Positions 60,148-64,000 of a DNA stretch of 64,000 bases are shown here, piece by piece; positions within the stretch are counted from its first letter, which is position 1; each line of letters starts with the position of its first letter. The DNA is taken from the IMG/VR virus record IMGVR_UViG_3300029418_000119. One strand, given 5' to 3'. Position numbers and translations under genes: made by a program. Below the pieces are notes generated by a model, which saw nothing but the letters and a program-made list of their open reading frames with translations, did not search any database and was not told the origin of the DNA. This DNA comes from a virus.

Positions 60148-63100
60148 TGGCTGGCATAACCCTGCGCACTGCCCGGCAGGTGGTGCCCATGATCTACGCC
60201 TATACCACCCCGGAAATTGCTCGGCACAACGGCTGGACGAAGATCGGCTACACCGAGCAGTCGGTGGACAAACGCCTGAAACAGCAGACCCACACCGCAG
60301 ATGTGCTGTTCCACGAGGAGTGGCGGGGCAATGCCGTCTACGACGACGGCAGCGGCGAGGTGTTCACCGACCACGATTTCCACGCCTACCTCCGCAAGCT
60401 GAACGTGGAGAACGACCGCAAAAACGAGTGGTTCCATCTGGATGGGCAGCAGTCCCGGCGGTATTTTCAGGATTTCCGCATGAACCGGGGCCGGGTGCAG
60501 CTGGATGCCGCCATCTCCTACACCCTGCGGGAGGAGCAGGCAAGGGCTGTCCGCGACACCAAGACCTATTACCGGAGCCACCCCGGCGGGGAATACCTCT
60601 GGAACGCCAAGCCCCGCTTTGGCAAGACCCTCTCCGTCTACGACTTCTGCAAGCAGGTCGATGCACAGACGGTGCTTATCGTCACAAACCGCCCCGCCAT
60701 CGCCAATAGCTGGTACAGCGACTATGTGCGCTTTCTGGGCAGGGAGTCCGGCTATCTGTTTGTCAGCCATGTGGATGCCCTTGCCGGGCAGCCCCATGTG
60801 CTTGACGAGCAGGGCTATCTGGATGCCGCCGCACAGGGCGAGGAACTGTATAAGCGCATTGAGTTCGTCAGCCTGCAGGACATGAAAGGCTCCAAGTATT
60901 TCGGCGGCGAGTACGACAAGCTGCGCCACCTGACCGAGCTGAACTGGGATGTGCTGGTCATCGACGAAGCCCACGAGGGCGTGGACACCTACAAGACCGA
61001 CCTTGCCTTTGACCGCATCTGCCGCCGCTTCACGCTGCACCTGTCCGGCACGCCCTTCAAGGCACTGGCGAACGATAAGTTTGCCGGGGATGCCATCTTC
61101 AACTGGACCTACGCCGACGAGCAGGCTGCCAAGCGGAACTGGCAGGGCGCACCGGGGCAGCAGAACCCCTACGCAAACCTCCCCATGCTCAACCTCTACA
61201 CCTACCAGATGTCCGAGATCATCCGGGACGAAATCCGGCAGGGCGTGGAGATCGACGGCGAAACGCAGGAATTTGCCTTTGACCTGAACGAGTTCTTCAA
61301 GGTGAAGCCCAGCGGTAGCTTTGAGCACGAAGCCGAGGTGGACCGCTTTCTGGATGCCATGACTACCCAGAATAAATTTCCGTTTTCCACCCCGGAGCTG
61401 CGTGCCGAACTGAAGCACACCTTCTGGCTGCTGAACCGGGTGGACAGCGCCAGAGCGCTGGCGAAAAAACTGCAGGCGCACCCGGTGTTCCGGGACTATG
61501 AGGTGATCCTTGCCGCCGGAGACGGCAAACTGGACGACACGGACGAGAACCAGAAGAGCTTTGACCGGGTAAAAGCCGCCATCGCTCACCACGAAAAGAC
61601 CATCACCCTGTCGGTGGGGCAGCTGACTACCGGTGTGACTATCCCGGAGTGGTCGGCGGTGCTGATGCTCTCCAACCTGAAAAGCCCGGCGCTGTATATG
61701 CAGGCAGCGTTCCGTGCCCAGAACCCCTGCCTTTTCTACGAAAACGGCACCTTCCGCCGCAAAGAGAACGCCTATGTGTTCGATTTTGACCCTGCCCGCA
61801 CTCTGCTGATCTACGAGCAGTTCGCCAACGACCTTTCACAGGACACCGCCAGCGGCAAGGGCGACACCGAGGAGCGCAAGGCGCACATCCAGAATCTGCT
61901 CAACTTCTTCCCGGTCATCGGCGAGGACGAGGAAGGGGAGATGATCCCGCTGGATGCAGAAAAAGTCCTCAGCATCCCCCGGAAGATCAAGTCCAAAGAA
62001 GTGGTGCGGATGGGTTTCCAGAGCAATTTTTTGTTCCAGAACATTTCCAACGTGTTCAGTGCCCCGCAGGAGGTGCTGGACATTCTGCAAAACTTCCAGC
62101 CCATCAGCGAGGCGAAGGCAAAGCCCATCCAGATCACCCCGGAGACCGGCGCAGACCTCTCCCTGAACGACAAGGGCGAGGTGGATTTGGACGAGGGCTA
62201 CGTCATCGGCAAGGCAGCGGATGTGTTCGGGGCGAAGATCTACGAAAGCACCCCCGCACTGGACACCGCCCTGCAAGACCTGACCGATGCCCCGGCTCCT
62301 TCCAAAGAAGAGCATCTGGAACCCCTGAAAAAGAGCATCACCAAGGAGATCATCACCCCCATGGTGGAGCAGGCAAAGCAGGAGTATGGCCGGGACCTGA
62401 AGCTGTCCGACCAGAAGCGGTTTGAGAGCACCGCCAAGGCAAAAATGGACGTAGCGGTGAACAAGGTGGTGGACAACTACCGCATCGACCAGAGCCAGCT
62501 GGAGACCCAGCGCACCCAGCAGCTGCAAAGCTGCACCACCGCCCAGCAGCGCCAGCAGGTGAACCGGGAATTTGACGCAAAGCAGCAGCAGAGCACCGCC
62601 GCCCTGATGGAGACGCTGCAATCCACCATCCAGCAGACGGCGCAGGAAATGCAGCAGACCATCGTGCGCACTGTGGAGACCAACCAGAAGGAGCAGGAGA
62701 AAAAGGGATACGAGGACACCGTCCGTGACCATCTGCGGGGCTTCTCCCGCACCATCCCGTCCTTCCTCATGGCCTACGGCGACGAGACCGTGACACTGGC
62801 AAACTTTGACCAGATCATCCCGGAGAAGGTCTTTCAGGAGGTCACCAGCATCACGCTAGAGCAGTTCCGCTTTTTGCGGGACGGCGGGCCGTACATCAAC
62901 CAAGCCACCGGACAGGAGGAGCACTTTGCAGGCCACCTGTTCGACCCGGTAGTGTTTGACGATTCGGTGAAGGAGTTCTTGAACCTGAAGGTCAAGCTGG
63001 CGGATTACTTTGACGAGAGCCGCACCGAGGATATCTTCGATTACATCCCGCCCCAGAAAACCAACCAGATCTTCACCCCCAAGTGGGTGGTGAAAAAGAT

Positions 63101-63455
63101 GGTAGACCTGCTGGAGCAGGAAAACCCCGGCTGCTTCGATGACCCCGGCAAGACCTTCCTGGACCCCTACATGAAGTCCGGCCTGTACATTACGGAAATC
63201 GTCAAGCGCCTTTACCGCAGCGAGAAGATGCGGCAAGCCTTCCCGGACGATAACGCCCGGCTGGAACATATCTTTGCCAAGCAGGTCTATGGGCTTGCCC
63301 CCACCGAGATCATCTACCGCATTGCCATCAGCTACATTCTGGGTTTTGCAAAGGGTCACGGCATCACCGCCCACCATATCCGTCAGGCGGATACGCTGGA
63401 ATTTGCCAAGGCGGGCACCATGGAAAGGGAACTGGATAAGATTTTCAGAGACTGA
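60147..63455 (+). CDS. GIY-YIG/T5orf172-like domain plus SF2 DEAH helicase (ResIII-like) plus coiled coil plus partial N6-methyltransferase N-terminal half
   Basis: N-terminal MIYAYTT...GWTKIGYTEQSVDKRLKQQ; Walker A NAKPRFGKT, DEAH VLVIDEAHEG, motif III LSGTPF, motif VI QAAFRAQN; Q-rich coiled coil; C-terminal QIFTPKWVVKKM...FLDPYMKSGLY...QVYGLAPTEI resembling methyltransferase motifs X-I-II. Start overlaps the mod stop (ATAATGG). Confidence 0.65.
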   Translation: MAGITLRTARQVVPMIYAYTTPEIARHNGWTKIGYTEQSVDKRLKQQTHTADVLFHEEWRGNAVYDDGSGEVFTDHDFHAYLRKLNVENDRKNEWFHLDGQQSRRYFQDFRMNRGRVQLDAAISYTLREEQARAVRDTKTYYRSHPGGEYLWNAKPRFGKTLSVYDFCKQVDAQTVLIVTNRPAIANSWYSDYVRFLGRESGYLFVSHVDALAGQPHVLDEQGYLDAAAQGEELYKRIEFVSLQDMKGSKYFGGEYDKLRHLTELNWDVLVIDEAHEGVDTYKTDLAFDRICRRFTLHLSGTPFKALANDKFAGDAIFNWTYADEQAAKRNWQGAPGQQNPYANLPMLNLYTYQMSEIIRDEIRQGVEIDGETQEFAFDLNEFFKVKPSGSFEHEAEVDRFLDAMTTQNKFPFSTPELRAELKHTFWLLNRVDSARALAKKLQAHPVFRDYEVILAAGDGKLDDTDENQKSFDRVKAAIAHHEKTITLSVGQLTTGVTIPEWSAVLMLSNLKSPALYMQAAFRAQNPCLFYENGTFRRKENAYVFDFDPARTLLIYEQFANDLSQDTASGKGDTEERKAHIQNLLNFFPVIGEDEEGEMIPLDAEKVLSIPRKIKSKEVVRMGFQSNFLFQNISNVFSAPQEVLDILQNFQPISEAKAKPIQITPETGADLSLNDKGEVDLDEGYVIGKAADVFGAKIYESTPALDTALQDLTDAPAPSKEEHLEPLKKSITKEIITPMVEQAKQEYGRDLKLSDQKRFESTAKAKMDVAVNKVVDNYRIDQSQLETQRTQQLQSCTTAQQRQQVNREFDAKQQQSTAALMETLQSTIQQTAQEMQQTIVRTVETNQKEQEKKGYEDTVRDHLRGFSRTIPSFLMAYGDETVTLANFDQIIPEKVFQEVTSITLEQFRFLRDGGPYINQATGQEEHFAGHLFDPVVFDDSVKEFLNLKVKLADYFDESRTEDIFDYIPPQKTNQIFTPKWVVKKMVDLLEQENPGCFDDPGKTFLDPYMKSGLYITEIVKRLYRSEKMRQAFPDDNARLEHIFAKQVYGLAPTEIIYRIAISYILGFAKGHGITAHHIRQADTLEFAKAGTMERELDKIFRD

Positions 63456-63480
63456 CAAATAGAATACAGCATAAAAAACC

Positions 63481-63521
63481 AAAGGCGGCTGTCTGCATGG
63501 GTGCAGATGGCCGCCTTTTTG
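63481..63521 (+). terminator. rho-independent terminator
   Basis: aaaggcggc...gccgccttttt with internal ctgcatgggtgcag hairpin. Confidence 0.75.
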
Positions 63522-63749
63522 TGCTATACGATTACGAAAACGGACGAATTTGTCAGTTCTCGTTACATCGGAGCCGGACGAGCTGTCCATTCCAGGACAG
63601 CTTGCCCGGAGCAAGAGTGCAGAGAGGTGCGGGTCGCCTGCGGCGACCTCAAAAGGCCACTGGTCTTTTGAAGCACCGACCGAGCCGACAGGCGAGACCA
63701 ACTCTTTGCAAGGGGCAAGGATGAAACCCTTGCCCAGCGATATGATGCT

Positions 63750-63989
63750 GTGCGTCATATCCTACTGGGTATATATTATCTGGCGCAAAATGGCGGCAGA
63801 TCCAGCAGCTCCGCTGCTGCGTTTTTCCACGCCAAGCTGTTGAAACGGAGATTAGAAAAATCATTTATAGTCAGATTATTTACATATAAACTTGATATAG
63901 AAAATCCGATTATCCGCATAAATACAGCATTTAAGGGCTGTTCATCACTTGAAAAAATAAGTGTTTTACCACGAATTTACCATAATTGA
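63750..63989 (+). CDS. hypothetical protein
   Basis: ORF after the terminator; no motif. Confidence 0.2.
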   Translation: MRHILLGIYYLAQNGGRSSSSAAAFFHAKLLKRRLEKSFIVRLFTYKLDIENPIIRINTAFKGCSSLEKISVLPRIYHN

Positions 63990-64000
63990 ATATGAGTCTT

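Noticed and set aside
58168-63758. Numerous overlapping ORFs on both strands within the methyltransferase and helicase genes (58168-58827 minus, 60078-61592 minus, 61836-62732 minus, 62856-63758 minus, etc.)
   Set aside because: High-GC artefacts. The plus-strand genes carry coherent catalytic motifs and the overlapping frames have low-complexity Arg/Ala/Gly-rich translations.

Overview
The window is mostly phage DNA. Positions 1 to about 53,130 are an AT-rich (about 40% GC) segment of a large prophage or phage genome, with nearly every gene on the + strand. It carries a DNA replication and recombination module: DnaB-like helicase, primase, RecJ-like DHH exonuclease, DNA polymerase III alpha, RecD-like helicase, ATP-dependent ligase, a Sak4-like ATPase and a possible SSB. 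It carries a nucleotide metabolism island: ThyX, FolD, NrdD/NrdG, dUTPase and metallophosphoesterases. It also carries an RNA-repair enzyme (Pnkp-like kinase-phosphatase-ligase) next to an array of 8 tRNA genes, a small tyrosine recombinase, a solitary MazF/PemK toxin, a circularly permuted C5-cytosine methyltransferase gene, and dozens of small ORFs, many of them zinc ribbons. No capsid, tail or terminase genes lie in the window, so the structural module must lie further left. The phage segment ends with an excisionase and a tyrosine integrase at 51,966-53,123. Immediately to the right is GC-rich (about 60%) host DNA of a Clostridia-like Firmicute: the groES-groEL operon with a sigma-A-like promoter and a CIRCE operator. 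Beyond it lies a mosaic, defense-island-like locus containing a YgiT-type zinc finger protein, a DUF2971 protein, hicBA, an XRE regulator, a gamma-class N6-adenine methyltransferase, and a 1102-aa protein with a GIY-YIG/T5orf172-like domain, an SF2 DEAH helicase, a coiled coil and a partial methyltransferase. This pair looks like a split Type ISP-like restriction system and is my main candidate for an undescribed system. Other notable signals: a 20-bp promoter motif repeated 7 times; single-base homopolymer and (GA)10 length anomalies that break the polIII-alpha, methyltransferase and PAPS-reductase-like reading frames; and a sharp GC mosaic inside the methyltransferase gene. All calls come from reading the sequence and recalling family motifs; no database searches were run.
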